A stretch of 63,745 nt of DNA from Octopus bimaculoides (GCF_001194135.2 NC_069001.1:21635790-21699534), one strand, 5' to 3'; counted from the stretch's first letter, positions 12,401 to 25,880 are shown. Numbers and translations: made by a program. Notes: generated by a model from the letters alone, not told the origin.

Positions 12401-13506
12401 ATTATTTTTTATACATGAACGACTATTATGAGTAAGTAAGCATTTATTTGCATATGTTAATTCGCATCCAACCACATTTTAGATGCGTATACGTGTTCTA
12501 TAGTATATAGATATATTATTATACAACTGCAGTAGATGTTAAGTACATAATATACAAACTAAATATTGTTTGCGAACTGCAGTTTTCTTCTCCATTAGAG
12601 AACTAAATAAAAAGAGAAAACTTACAAAACACAGATGTAAATTCAAGAAATCATGAATTCATTTGCTGAAAATTTAATTTTCCAACGAAGAAAATTAGGA
12701 TCCGTATTAGCATTCTGCATGACGACTACTAACGACGACAAAGCGTACGATTTCTTTCTCAAACATGCTTTGATCAGACGACAGATATTTTTTATATGTA
12801 GAAAGGTACGTAATTTCTCCAAATTCACTTATATATCATTTACAAAAGAGAACTGAGTGAAATAATTTACGTACTTCGAAAATATTTATTCAGAAAATTC
12901 AGGCAGATGGTTACATACCGAATAACGAAAGTCAAAATGTTCTGCTTAGGTTTATGCAATTTTTCATAATAAGAAAGCTATTGTTATAATTATGGTGAAA
13001 AATATTTGTAGTATTCTCCTTGAGCATATGGTCAAGCTTGAAACAGCATACTTCGTTGACGAGATCTATAATATCCAAAATATGCACATAGCAGCTAACT
13101 TGACGAGAAATATCATTAGGTTTAAATGTTAATCGGGAATTTGAAGTTTCTGAAAATGAAGTCTCGATTAAAAGAATGTGAATCCCCATCTCTTTCAGAA
13201 TCGTGAACCATTTTTTAGGTTTGACTTTATATCTTTTGTTGAGAACTAAGAATCAGTTCCTTATATTCTACGTATGAAATTCAGAATATCACTAATTTTC
13301 TGAATTACATCAGTTATAATATATATATAGTAATGTAGAACGAGGCTTCTGAAGCTGCTCATATTAGTTGGATTAATTAACCATATTATTTGCCGCGAGA
13401 GTGAACATGTATGTAAGAATATGTGTAGGTGAGAATACATGTGGGCTGATGCTCTCACTGCTCAGGCGTATGTGTGACTCAGTGTCTGTGAATCTCTCTC
13501 TCTCTA

Positions 13507-13542
<36 letters not shown>

Positions 13543-13609
13543 CCTATCTATCTGCCTATCTATGTATCTGCTACTGTATATATCTGTTGTCAATATACCC
13601 GCCGTGTTA

Positions 13610-13800
13610 TACCCGGCGGCGAGCTGATAGAATCGTTAGCACGCCGGGCAAGGTGTTTAGCAGCATTTCGTCTGTCTCTACCTTCTAAGTTCAAATTCCG
13701 CCGAGGCTGACTTTGCCTTCCTTCAATTCGGTAACGATAAAACAAAGCACTGGGGTCGATTTAATCGCCCAAAATTGCTGGCCTTGCGCCAAACTCTGAA
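13610..13800 (+). mobile_element. SINE (Deu/Nin-like central domain family)
   Basis: GGCGGCGAGCTGATAGAATCGTTAGCACGCCGGGC...GTTCAAATTCCGCCGAGG...GGCCTTGCGCC. Confidence 0.85.
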
Positions 13801-14266
13801 AGCTGTATATGTGTTGGTGCACGTGTAAGGGTCCAGCCAAGTGTTGCCGTTTTTTTCATTTATATGTAGAGACGATGAGTGTGCGTTTGTTCGAGTGCGC
13901 ACGCTTGTATGAATGTCTCTGTATATCGATGATGCATTTCCTGAACTTTTTGACAAGATCATTGACCTAAGCAAAACATTCAAAGTTTCTGATTTACGAT
14001 GCCTAATAAACTTCACTTTATTCTTTTATAATCTTATTCCTTCTTCCGTTCTAATTTCACTTGATACTAAAGTGTCATCCATATTATCTATCTCTCTCCT
14101 AATTTCAGTCCCTCATGCCTCTTCACTTTCTCCCCCTCTCTCTTTCTCTCTCTCTCTTTCTCTCTCTCTCTTTCTCTCTCTCTCTCTTTCTCTCTCTCAC
14201 TCTCTCTTCCAAACAACTATACTCGCACACTCCCGTCATACACACACGCATATATTGTTATGTGTA

Positions 14267-14311
<45 letters not shown>

Positions 14312-15950
14312 CTATGAAAGCATATATACACACGCATGCATGTGTGCATATCACATACATACACATATGATACGTGTTCATAAATACACACACATAATTA
14401 CATACAGTTTCGCAGGAGTTCATTTAGAGACAGTGGGCTTCATGAATCTCCGTTTGCATTTTCTCATGAAGTTCCGTTTAAGCTCACACTCACTGGCATA
14501 AACATCAGATTTTCACTTCTCTGCACACATGTCTTATATAATTGGGTAAGTTGAAGGGTGGAGAAATTGACAGACAAGGGAATAGAGTGGGGGAAATAGA
14601 AGGAAGAAAGGGATTGAAAGAAAGTATGGGTGAGAGAAGAAAAGAGAGGGTGGAGGAAAGACGAAAATGTGAGAAGAGAGAGAAGATGAAAGAGAAAAAA
14701 GAAGGGCAAAAAATAAAACGGAGACGTAGAAAGAAAATGAGAAGATAAAGAAGGAAAAGAAAGAAACAGGAAAAAAATGGGAGCCAGAAAGATGAGGAAA
14801 GAGTAACAAGAAAAGAAAAACGGGCAGGTAGAGGAGTGAATTTCGATGAGTGAGAGTGAGAGAAATGGAGGGAAAAAAGATTGGGCAGAGGAATGGGAAT
14901 ATAAGGGGAATCACAACCAGTGAAAGCACTAATGTTGCACTAGATCCTGCAAAGTGTGAAGGGTATATGTGTTCTAGAGTGACGGTGTACAAACTCCTGA
15001 GTATGTATTTTTTTCTTAATTGCTGTGACAACGTATTTCGATTTGCAACAATAACATACTACCAAGTATATTAAAAAATTATAAGTCAATACTATGCTTC
15101 TGCAGATTGTATATAGAATTTAGAGCCAGCACAGAAAGTTATGGCGTTTCGCACGTGAATATATCTAGGTAAACAATGCGATCGAAGACAGAAACATAGG
15201 TAATGAGTGTGTTTCGGGAGATATTGCTCCTTCATTTTCCGCATTTAAAAAAATTTTCCTTCTCTTCTTCCATCTATTACCTATACTTTCTCTTCCCTAA
15301 CCTCGACCCCCCATTTTAAGTTATATCTTCATACTCTCGGTCTCAGAAACCATTGTTCCATTAACTGTAATTTTGTTCCTATTTCTGTTGATGTTACCAT
15401 GCTCTTAAATTCAGGGTTGATTCTCACAATTTGCATTTTGTCACTCTGAAACGAAAATTAGGTGTGTCAAAACGCATCACGTTTGAATATATTAAATGTT
15501 TATATTCATGTATCTATAATAATTTGTAGCCATTTCTTGTATAATATTACAATAACNNNNNNNNNNNNNNNNNNNNNNNNNNNNNNNNNNNNNNNNNNNN
15601 NNNNNNNNNNNNNNNNNNNNNNNNNNNNNNNNNNNNNNNNNNNNNNNNNNNNNNNNNNNNNNNNNNNNNNNNNNNNNNNNNNNNNNNNNNNNNNNNNNNN
15701 NNNNNNNNNNNNNNNNNNNNNNNNNNNNNNNNNNNNNNNNNNNNNNNNNNNNNNNNNNNNNNNNNNNNNNNNNNNNNNNNNNNNNNNNNNNNNNNNNNNN
15801 NNNNNNNNNNNNNNNNNNNNNNNNNNNNNNNNNNNNNNNNNNNNNNNNNNNNNNNNNNNNNNNNNNNNNNNNNNNNNNNNNNNNNNNNNNNNNNNNNNNN
15901 NNNNNNNNNNNNNNNNNNNNNNNNNNNNNNNNNNNNNNNNNNNNNNNNNN

Positions 15951-16008
<58 letters not shown>

Positions 16009-16221
16009 CAAACTTTTGAACATTGAAAATCAATATTGGGAGACGATTGGGTTGGCCTGATGCATAAATGGAATGTGCAGGATTCAAGCGTTTATGTGTG
16101 TTCTCTGAAACCGTCAATTTTTATCAAAAGCTGGATCCGTTTGTTTCGAACTGTGATATGTCAGGGAACAACAGCAAGAGTCATATAGCAACACTCTCTC
16201 CACGTGTCCAATATAATAGGC

Positions 16222-16370
16222 GCAGGCGTAGCTGCGCGGCAAGAAGCTTGCTTCCTAACCACCTCGGTCCGGTTTAAGGCCTACTGTATGGTACTGTATA
16301 GACTTAGGTCGACCAGAGCCTTGTGAGTGGATTTGGCTAATGGAAACTGAAAATAGCCCGTCGTATATAT
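16222..16370 (+). mobile_element. CORE-type SINE 5' half, decayed
   Basis: GGCGCAGGCGTAGCTG...CCTTGTGAGTGGATTTGG...GGAAACTGAAAATAGCCCGTCG is homologous to 11235-11400. Confidence 0.8.
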
Positions 16371-16551
16371 ATAAGTATATACGATTCAAGAATCAACTTG
16401 TCATTGAAAGAACTGACCAGCAGTAAACGCAATTTTATTCTTTCTTCTTTCACCTTTCCTTTTCTTTCCCATTGACGCTCCTTTCAGATACACAGACACA
16501 CATGTACGCGCACGCACATGCACACACGCACCAACACAAACACACACACAC

Positions 16552-16587
<36 letters not shown>

Positions 16588-16844
16588 CCCCCCCATTCCT
16601 CACTCTCGTTTACTATCCTATATATCTTTCTCCACCCCTACACATTCAATAATACTATAAAAAGAGAAATTCTCTGAATAAAAATTAAACCTGGAGAATC
16701 TACAAGAATAGATGCAAGCGCTAATTTATAAAAACACGTGACATATTAATAAAGATCTGTAAATGTATAACCATCCAAATATCTGAGTACCTTATTATCT
16801 TTTCTAATACATACATATNNNNNNNNNNNNNNNNNNNNNNNNNN

Positions 16845-16947
16845 GATGTTACTGTTGCTTTTAGCCCCAGGAGAACAGGACACAGATATGTGTCGATAAG
16901 CCAGCTGGAGGAGATGTTCTCCTGGGGCTAAAAGCAACAGTAACATC
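16845..16947. repeat. Perfect 33-bp inverted repeat (small hairpin/MITE)
   Basis: GATGTTACTGTTGCTTTTAGCCCCAGGAGAACA (16845-16877) is the exact reverse complement of 16915-16947, with a 37-nt spacer. The left end abuts an N-gap. Confidence 0.95.
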
Positions 16948-17224
16948 CACCCTTAGGGGTCAGCCACATTTAAATGGCAAATATACTTCACTATATATAT
17001 ATACATAATCATGTACATAATTCAATTTCCAACATGGATGCATACACCCTAAAAGGAGTCAGCGTATGAATATATGAATATATGATATAAGTATAGTTTG
17101 ATATTTATGAGATGCATAATATCTCAAAAAGCCATACGTGTGCATACAATGACATCATATGTAATTCGCATATATACGATCGTAAACACATATATTAATA
17201 GCTTCAAATATCCACACCAGAAAT

Positions 17225-17560
17225 ATAAGGATGTGATACTTGTGAGGTAATATTCATCCTCACTTAAACGTGGATGCTCTGTTAGGACAAACTATACTGC
17301 GGTAGATACCATGAGAGAAACTCTTATATTGGCTTTTGTCGCAAAATATACTCTTGTTTATATCACAAGTGAGGAGATAAATCTCCGCCATCTCCAGCGC
17401 TGAGACCACCAAATCACGTGATTTCGACCTTCCATGTTCTTGTCAAAGATCGACGCGCGACCGCAAATTTAGCAGCGGCTCATCTCCCCGTAAGCGATAT
17501 ATAGAAAAACAGTGCCAGAAAGGTGCTGGCGTCCCAATTTTCCAGTAAGCTTATTAAAAA
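17225..17560 (-). mobile_element. Hammerhead-bearing ~340-bp interspersed repeat, copy A
   Basis: Homologous to 24520-24800, 35560-35885 and 43660-43975 (shared CCAGCACC..TGGCACTG, TGGTGGTCTC, GATATAAACAAGAG, CAAAAGCCAATAT). Confidence 0.85.
17406..17452 (-). ncRNA. Minimal type I hammerhead ribozyme motif, U3:A8 core variant
   Basis: Minus strand: TTGACAA-GAAC atggaa GGTC-GAAA-TCACGTGA-TT-TGGTGG. Core, stem II and palindromic stem III are present; stem I is weakened in this copy. Confidence 0.6.
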
Positions 17561-20109
17561 ATGATACTTATTTAAACGCAATTACTTTAAAATCATGATG
17601 CTATGAGAGATGTCTTAAATAACATCACGTTTTCATATAAACATACTACATACGCGGAAATATACGTATTTTCATGTGCTATATCGCTAATACCCATGCA
17701 CTCAACATGCACACGTTTAATATCATATGCACAAGTACAAACATTAATAAATTGAAATTTAAAAAATGGAATTACATTGATATCATACACACAGATATAT
17801 GTAAATAAACACTAGGAATCATTAAAGATACAAAGAAATATCCGCACTTGTACGTAAAAATTTATGCGATGTTACATAATAGTTGTGACAGCGATAGAAA
17901 TATCCTGGCGCCATTTCTAATTTTCACGATTAAGCAAACGACTCTTTGATCCACAGATTTCTTGCGTTGGAGTTTTTTTTTAAATATTTAACTCGAGTAT
18001 TTATTTATTTTTTGGGCTGTCTTTCATTTTTGAAAACATTGAATTAGAATCTGATTAGAAAGAATTGCTAATCAGCTATGATTAGAGTGTGGTATAAATT
18101 TGTTGATAGACTTTTTCTTTATAATAAAGCCGTCTTTTATAAGTTGGTTCGTTTACATGCTAACGATTGCAGTCACACGCTCACATACAAACATTGGCAT
18201 ACATATGCGTATTGATGTATACATGTGAGCGTGTGCGTGTGTGTGTGTGTGTGTGCGCGTGTGTGTATGTGTGTGCGTGTGTGTGTGCTTGTGTATGAGT
18301 GTATGAGTGCATATCAAGATTTTTGTAGAGCCTTCTTGTATGAAATAAAATCAGAAAGAACAAAAATATACATACTAAAGAGACCACAATCCTTCGAAAA
18401 TACAGCCATTATCATTACTGTTATCATACTCCGAATGATGATGATTATCATAAAAATCATCAATCGTCATTATTATAGCAAGAAAATGGTAGTTGTGACT
18501 ACAGCGATATCAACGCATTTGAAAAGAAGACATTTTCAGCATGACGTCAATAACTTAAATACCACGTAAAAACGTACAATGTCTATATTAAGAAATGCTC
18601 TCAAATATTGTCGCTGTCCAAGACATCGCCGACGTCATCTTCGTCATCATCATCATGACCACCATCATCGTAATCATTATTATCAACCTTACACCAGCCA
18701 CAACCTTCCTACACACACAATATTTTTAGCAGAATCATGAACAACAATAACGACAGCAAAATCATCGGTAAAAAAAAAATCATTTTTTTTCTTAGATGCA
18801 AGAAATAAAAAAAGAAAATGAGAAATGTAACAGATTTTCAGACAATATTTACTTGAGAACCTAGCATATAAACAATCATTTTCATATAACCTCCACATCG
18901 CCAACACGAACAACAAAGCCATTTATTCTGAATTAGTATAATTGATGACTGTGAATCCAAAACGAAGAAAAAGGCCAACAAAAGAATAAAAACAAATTTG
19001 AATTGAAAACATAAATTTATATGTGTGTGTGTGTGTGTGTGCGTGGGTACATATACATATTTTATGCACACACGCATATACATATAAGTGTACATACAAG
19101 TCTCTATATATTTACACACAAGTATGTATTCAAGAGATTTGAAAGTAAGTAGAGCCATGTTGGATATCGTAGTATCTAGCAGTAGCATGATATACATTTT
19201 TAGGCACCTTCATCTCATCGACGAAAATCGAATTGTCTCAATTATAACCCTTGTTTCACCATGGTTATAAGAGAAGATTTGAAAGACGGAAATAAGAGTA
19301 ATTCCTATATATTCGCTTGTTACTGAAACGATTCAATAGGATCGGAATTCGAAACAAATGTATTTGTTTATATAGCTATGCATCCTCATATATNNNNNNN
19401 NNNNNNNNNNNNNNNNNNNNNNNNNNNNNNNNNNNNNNNNNNNNNNNNNNNNNNNNNNNNNNNNNNNNNNNNNNNNNNNNNNNNNNNNNNNNNNNNNNNN
19501 NNNNNNNNNNNNNNNNNNNNNNNNNNNNNNNNNNNNNNNNNNNNNNNNNNNNNNNNNNNNNNNNNNNNNNNNNNNNNNNNNNNNNNNNNNNNNNNNNNNN
19601 NNNNNNNNNNNNNNNNNNNNNNNNNNNNNNNNNNNNNNNNNNNNNNNNNNNNNNNNNNNNNNNNNNNNNNNNNNNNNNNNNNNNNNNNNNNNNNNNNNNN
19701 NNNNNNNNNNNNNNNNNNNNNNNNNNNNNNNNNNNNNNNNNNNNNNNNNNNNNNNNNNNNNNNNNNNNNNNNNNNNNNNNNNNNNNNNNNNNNNNNNNNN
19801 NNNNNNNNNNNNNNNNNNNNNNNNNNNNNNNNNNNNNNNNNNNNNNNNNNNNNNNNNNNNNNNNNNNNNNNNNNNNNNNNNNNNNNNNNNNNNNNNNNNN
19901 NNNNNNNNNNNNNNNNNNNNNNNNNNNNNNNNNNNNNNNNNNNNNNNNNNNNNNNNNNNNNNNNNNNNNNNNNNNNNNNNNNNNNNNNNNNNNNNNNNNN
20001 NNNNNNNNNNNNNNNNNNNNNNNNNNNNNNNACTGTTGCTTTTTTCATTTTAATCTCCTTATTTTGAAATTGAATGGATAATACCGTAATAAATATCTGG
20101 TGCCTCAGA

Positions 20110-20290
20110 TATTCAAGTTCTTAGTTCAAATTCCGCCGAGGTCGACTTTGCTTTTCATCTTTGTTCAGGTCGATAAATTAAGTACCAGTTACGCACTAGC
20201 GTCGATGTAATGGACTTAATCTCTTTGTCTGTCCTTGTTTGTCCCCTCTATGTTTAGCCCTTTGTGGGCAATAAAGAAATAAGAATGACA
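20110..20290 (+). mobile_element. SINE (Deu/Nin-like central domain family)
   Basis: GTTCAAATTCCGCCGAGGTCGACTTTGC...GTCGATAAATTAAGTACCAG...GGCAATAAAGAAATAAGAA. Confidence 0.85.
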
Positions 20291-20452
20291 GAGACAGAGT
20301 ACACACACACACACACACGCGCGCGCGCAAACACACACACACATTCATTTGTTTAACTCACCGCATAGTCTAGGTTTTAAATACATTATAGCAAATAACT
20401 TCGAAAATCTGTTTGGGATATTTGTTTCCAACAGATACACATATGTCAGACT

Positions 20453-21219
20453 ATGCAAGCATGTATTGCTTCGGCTTCATGCCCTTGCTTGATGGAGTTC
20501 GGGTCATTCCAAGTTAGTTGTCCCAGAGGCGTCATCATGCCTAGAGCCGACCATATCCACAGTGCTCTCCATCGCTGGCGGTCCCCAGGCCAGCCCCTCT
20601 GCATCCTTTAAGATATCATCAATCCTCTGAAGATATTCCTCAATCATGTCCTGGCATCCGGTGCGGGGATGCCACAAGACCTCTTCGAGCCCATAGCTTC
20701 TGTGTCGAATAAGAATAAAGCCCCGGTAGGATGATCTAGCGGGAGACGGGAAACATGTCCGTACCAGCGCATGCGATGGATAGCTATGAGGTGGGAGGCT
20801 GCAGGTTGAAGCATGCGCATAATAGTTCTTTGTTAGAAACATGATGGTAACATCCGATGTTCTCTATGGTTCTCAGGGCCGTGTTATTGAAGCCGTCGAT
20901 CCTCTTTGCCATATTGACCCCAACGTCGTGGAGTTTGTCAGCTCCTTCATCTATCTGGGCTCCAAAGTTATAAACAATGGAGATTTGACGCCGGAGATCT
21001 AATGCAGATGTCGTCTGGTCGTTGGGGTCATGTACTCCCTTTGGAAGCCCCTCCCTTTGGTAGCCCCTCCCTTTGGAAACCCCTCCCTTTGGAAGCCCCT
21101 CCCTTTGGACGCCCCTCCCTTTGGAAGCCCCTCCTTTGGAAGCCCCTCCCTTTGGAAGTTCCGCATCTACAACGCATCAGTCCTCTCCATTCTCCTCTAG
21201 TGAAACATGCAAACCTGTA
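20453..21219 (-). mobile_element. RTE-clade LINE 3' fragment with an inverted 5' segment
   Basis: 20466-20915 on minus encodes AKRIDGFNNTALRTIENI..HHVSNKELL..RMRWYGHVSRLPLDHP..DRQRWRAL. 20918-21206 on plus encodes VEFVSSFIYLGSKV..GDLTPEI..SLWKPL..RIYNASVLSILL. Flanked by an imperfect 13-bp direct repeat. Confidence 0.8.
21035..21158. repeat. 16-bp minisatellite, about 7.8 copies
   Basis: Unit CTCCCTTTGGAAGCCC with single-base variants, embedded in RTE coding sequence. Confidence 0.95.
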
Positions 21220-22990
21220 GCGTCACTAAATAATATTGTGAGTATTATCTTGTTAGCACGTTGTGCTCAAAACACTCAGTAGCTACTCAAATCCATTCAA
21301 CGAGCTCGAAGGTCTAAAAAGAACCATTAAGCCAGACCAATCCTTTTAATCTCTTTACAAGCACGACAATTATAGTTCCCTGAAGATTTGTTATTACAAA
21401 GCCCAATCACAATTTTATAACGTTAATCTCTGGAGATAATGAATTCTGAGATCGTACTGTAGAATATCATAAAGAAGTTTCGCATAATTCTACTTCAAGC
21501 AAGGCATCTGTCCTAATTTGTATGGCGTTTGAATCGAGAAAGGACTAATCATCACAAATAAAGAAGCTGAAACATAAAATAAAAGTCGAGCTACTTTATC
21601 ATTTAATTGAAACCCAACAGAACTATAGAGGTTCACAAATTAATGTAGACACTCCACCAGTCGAAAGTTTTGACAATTAACTTGTCTCTGGGTATACATG
21701 AGTGCTTCTACACATATATTTGTTTGCGAGTATATCAATGTATATACGAGGTTGATATATGTGTATATCTATCTAAATGAAAGTAAGGCCTGAATAAGAA
21801 AACAAATAAAAAATGACACACGGGTTTCGTTTTTTTCCTACTAAATTTATATAAGTCTGCCAAAATTTGGAAGAGATTATGTTTGTATCTGAGATTTGGG
21901 AGAAAGGCGTGATGGTCAAATGTGTAAGGGACATAAAAGATTTGGTATTAACAATGTCTGAGTGAGAAGTTGTTATTGACTATGTAGAGATAAAGAGGAA
22001 ATTACTGTCTGGAGTTTCAATGAAACTGTGAGCTGGCATCAGAATGAAATGCGGAAATGTTTCATTTAAGGTCAAGAACGAGACTGGAAAAGGAGATATT
22101 GTTCTACGAGTAGCAGTTAAATATTGCGAATGAATATAAGTAAAAGAGAAAGCAAAGACCCACAGAAAAAAACCAATGTTTATGCAGCGGTATATAAATA
22201 TATATACATATAGATATATATGTATATACATGCACACACATACACAAACATACATACATACATATATACATACATGCATATGATTAGTTCTTCGTTTTGT
22301 AATCAATATTTTTGGGTTATTATATCGAACAGCGTCTTGGTGATTCAGGAAATCTTTTGAATTTTCAATTAATAAATACGTAAATCAACGAAACAAGAAA
22401 TGATTGCTTTTTGTGAGATTGAAGTTAGGAACTTTTATAATTATTAATGTACGATTGAATAAACAAATAATATGAACATAAAAATATATGAATTAGGGGA
22501 TTCAAGTGAATAATAAGGATTGCTATTATTAATTTGCGAAAATTATTGAACCTTTAAATGAGGAGTAACTTTAATGGGTTAAAAAGTGAATTAAAAGAAT
22601 GGTAAGCAACGCTTCAGATGTAACGCTCACTATGTGAGTAAATACGAATAACCTGGTGGTGGTGGTGGTAGTGGTAGGGGAAGCTAGAAAAATACCAACA
22701 ATAAATGCAAAACATGTTTTATGACATATGATGGATAAATCGTTTATAACCCGAATATCCAATCAAATACGGTCTAATTTGTTAACCTCACTAAAGAGGG
22801 ATGAAACTAACCCTCCTAACAGATTTTTCTTGTATAAATATTCTATTTTAAATACTTGTGATGTTTTTCATCTTTTTATTGAATACGAAACAACAGTTAA
22901 CGATGTAAATATACATCTGTTTCCATTAGTGTATACAATCATACATAAATACATATCTACTTATATATATTTATAAGCACATGTTTATGT

Positions 22991-22991
<1 letters not shown>

Positions 22992-23025
<34 letters not shown>

Positions 23026-23026
23026 C

Positions 23027-23081
<55 letters not shown>

Positions 23082-23090
23082 CCTATCTAC

Positions 23091-23131
<41 letters not shown>

Positions 23132-23186
23132 CATCTATCTATCTACCTATCTATCTATCTATCTATCTACCTATCTATCTATCTAC

Positions 23187-23259
<73 letters not shown>

Positions 23260-23270
23260 CATCTATCTAG
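22992..23270. repeat. (ATCT)n/(ACCT) tetranucleotide microsatellite
   Basis: Seen directly in the sequence. Confidence 0.98.
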
Positions 23271-24519
23271 CTAGCTAGCCTACTAGCTGTATGTAAGTGA
23301 ATTTAGATTCATGCATATATTTATGCACAAGTATGCATGTATATGTATATCTATCGAACTTTTGTATGCATGTATGCAAGTGTCTCCGTATTTGCACACG
23401 CACGCGCGTACTAGTATGCATGCATTCAATAACAGGTTGTCTCAGCTCTGATTCTTTGAGTGTAGAATTTGTCCATATCGGCAGGTGATGTAGACGGGGG
23501 TGGACAAAATACTGAAAAATGTTTTGCCATGTAGATGATAATATTTAAGCATCTATTGGTCAGTTCATGCTACGTGAGTAAATAGATAGCCAATGATGAC
23601 GATTTGTTTCTTTTATATTTCTTGCGCTACGTGGGAGAGCAGATAGAGCGTTGTCATGAAGTCTGGGATTTCTGTGAGATATGAAATATCGGCGAAGGCA
23701 GATAGTACGTGAGGAGATAGCCCGTTTGGTCACTTTAGGTGACATACAGTTTCCGTGACACAAATGGATGTATGCTGTACATATTGCTGGGTGGTAGTAG
23801 TAGGCTACATTGTAGAACCCCCGCAACATCAACAACCGCACAATGATCAGAAGGATTTGTGTACAGTATTCAGTATTATCAGTCGATTGAAGTTCATTAA
23901 CTGGCTCTATGTACTGTGCCAATGATAACTTTTCATATCTAATGAAGGATACAGCAGGCCGTTATAGTATAACGGCAGTTTTCTGACAGAGGCTGATTGC
24001 TATGTACGAAAGAGAGGTGGATAAAGAAGTGCCCTCTCACTAATACTTGTTATGCTCGGGAAATCGTTTCCAAGCTCCCTTAGTATCGAATTAAATTTTG
24101 ACCGGGTAATGTAGTTTTCCGTATCTCCATAGATGAACTATTGCATATGTCGTATAATTTTTCCTTTGAAATCGTTTCCTAGTAATCCTGGGAATATATC
24201 GAGCTGAGCAATCGAAGGGTGTGAGGCTTCAACTATAGATCGCAGCATTTAAGAGTCAAGAACATTCGTATTTCCCCTACTTGTAAATTTAACAATTTAT
24301 AAGTGTTTCTGTTTTTCATCGTGTTTTGCATGAAATTTGAACGAATACTTGCCTATCAAATCGAGAAATAAACAATTTTGTCTATTTCTTCTTGTGCTAG
24401 CCGAATTAGTAAGTGTATATTTTAGTAAGTGTGTATCCCTATGTGCATTCATTAGCTAAATATTCCAAGCTATTTTTCAAAACGGAACTCGAGAAAGTTA
24501 TGTCTAAGGATGCACCAAG

Positions 24520-24800
24520 AGTTCCTGAAGGTCAAGTGGTAATATTTATCTCCACTTAAGCGTCGGTAAATCTCATGAGAGAAACTCTCATATTGGCTTT
24601 TGGTGCAAAATATACACTTGTTTATATCGGTTGAAGGGAGAAAGATCCTTGATGCCTCCAGCCCAGAAACCTCAGAGCACGCGATTTCAACCTTTCTTGG
24701 TCTCATCAATAATGAACACTCGACCATTAGCGATAGCAGAGACTCATTTCACCCGCCAGCAACATAAAAGAAAGCAGTGCCATAACAGGTGCTGGGCTAG
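24520..24800 (-). mobile_element. Hammerhead-bearing interspersed repeat, copy B (HHR at 24670-24715)
   Basis: Minus strand: TCATTA-TTGATGA-GACC aagaaa GGTT-GAAA-TCGCGTGC-TC-TGAGG, with flanks homologous to copy A. Confidence 0.8.
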
Positions 24801-24999
24801 CGGTTAAAAAGTGAACTTGTTAAGGTATATATATATATTTATTTATATTCGGGCATTACTATACATAAATGCCTCACGCTAACAGGGACTCTAAAGTCAA
24901 ACTACCATAATAAACACATTTTTACCGAACGTGAGGGAATGCAACTCTCAAAGCTAGCCCTCTAAAAGCAGACTAAACTTGAAGTGAGAGGTAAGTCGA

Positions 25000-25150
25000 T
25001 CACATCCAATCCAGTGTTGATCTGGTACTTGTTGCATCGAGCCCAAAAGGATGAAAAGTAAAATCGATCTCGGCGAAATTTGAACCCAGAACCTAAAGAC
25101 AGTGAAAATGTCGCTAAGCATAATGCTCGGCGTGCTAGCGATTCTCCCAG
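25000..25150 (-). mobile_element. SINE (Deu/Nin-like family), decayed
   Basis: Reverse complement of the 28435 family (GGATGAAAAGTAAAATCGATCTCGGCGAAATTTGAAC...CGGCGTGCTAGCGATTC). Confidence 0.8.
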
Positions 25151-25319
25151 CGCATCGCGTTCACAAACTATTATTATAAAATGTTGTAAACTTAATATCA
25201 CCGTTGACGGATACAATTTAGAGAATGCCGTGTCACATTTTATAATGATCAATTTGCACATTGCGCCACTGAATACAGATAATGTCAAGATCCAATATAT
25301 CATAAAGCACAAGAAATCA

Positions 25320-25880
25320 CAAACACATGTATGCAGATATATACAGGAAAATATTTAACAGGTGTTCTGTGAAATCATCATGTAGCTGCTGCCTCAATAT
25401 GAAGAATATCATTACAAGAGGTCAACAGCAGGAGCTTAAATCCAGTTGCAACTATCGAGATCCAAGAAGCTGTCCACTTGACCTCCGATATATGAATAAA
25501 TCTGTCATATATGAGACAGAAGTTACTGCAACGCTAGATAATAACAACCGATTAAAAGAGCTCTATTGGATTACGTGATGGAGAATTTAAGAATCGTTAT
25601 GCTAATTATATAGCTTCTCTCCGACACAAGGACAAGAGCAAATCTACTAAGTTGATTAGCCACGTATGGAATTTGAAATCTTACGAATTTGAAATCTTTA
25701 TCATGCGATAAAGTGGAAAATAACCGAAACATCCACACAGTATGATAACAAATCTAAGCTATGCTTAGCTGAAGGAGCTCAGATACTTTCCAGATCTATG
25801 ATAACTAATTCACTACTGAATTGTAAATCAGAAATTTTCAGCGGTTGTAAGGATATGCCTAAATTCCTGTTGACGAATTA
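25320..25880 (+). mobile_element. Penelope-like element 3' end: GIY-YIG endonuclease pseudogene
   Basis: VKSSCSCCLNMKNII..CNYRDPRSCPLD..SVIYETEVTA..(Y)IGLRDGEFKNRYANYIASLRHKDKSKSTKLISHVWNLK..KWKI..KLCLAE..LLNCKSEIFSGC, with a frameshift near 25565. Confidence 0.85.

Noticed and set aside
23560-23922. 120-aa ORF in non-repetitive sequence as a possible host exon
   Set aside because: No recognisable domain or convincing splice-site pair. It needs tBLASTx or RNA-seq to assess.
24470-24727. ORF with CIFC..ESFSH resembling a LINE zinc knuckle
   Set aside because: The frame is not kept in copies A, C or D of the same repeat (stops, Cys lost), so the repeat is treated as non-coding.
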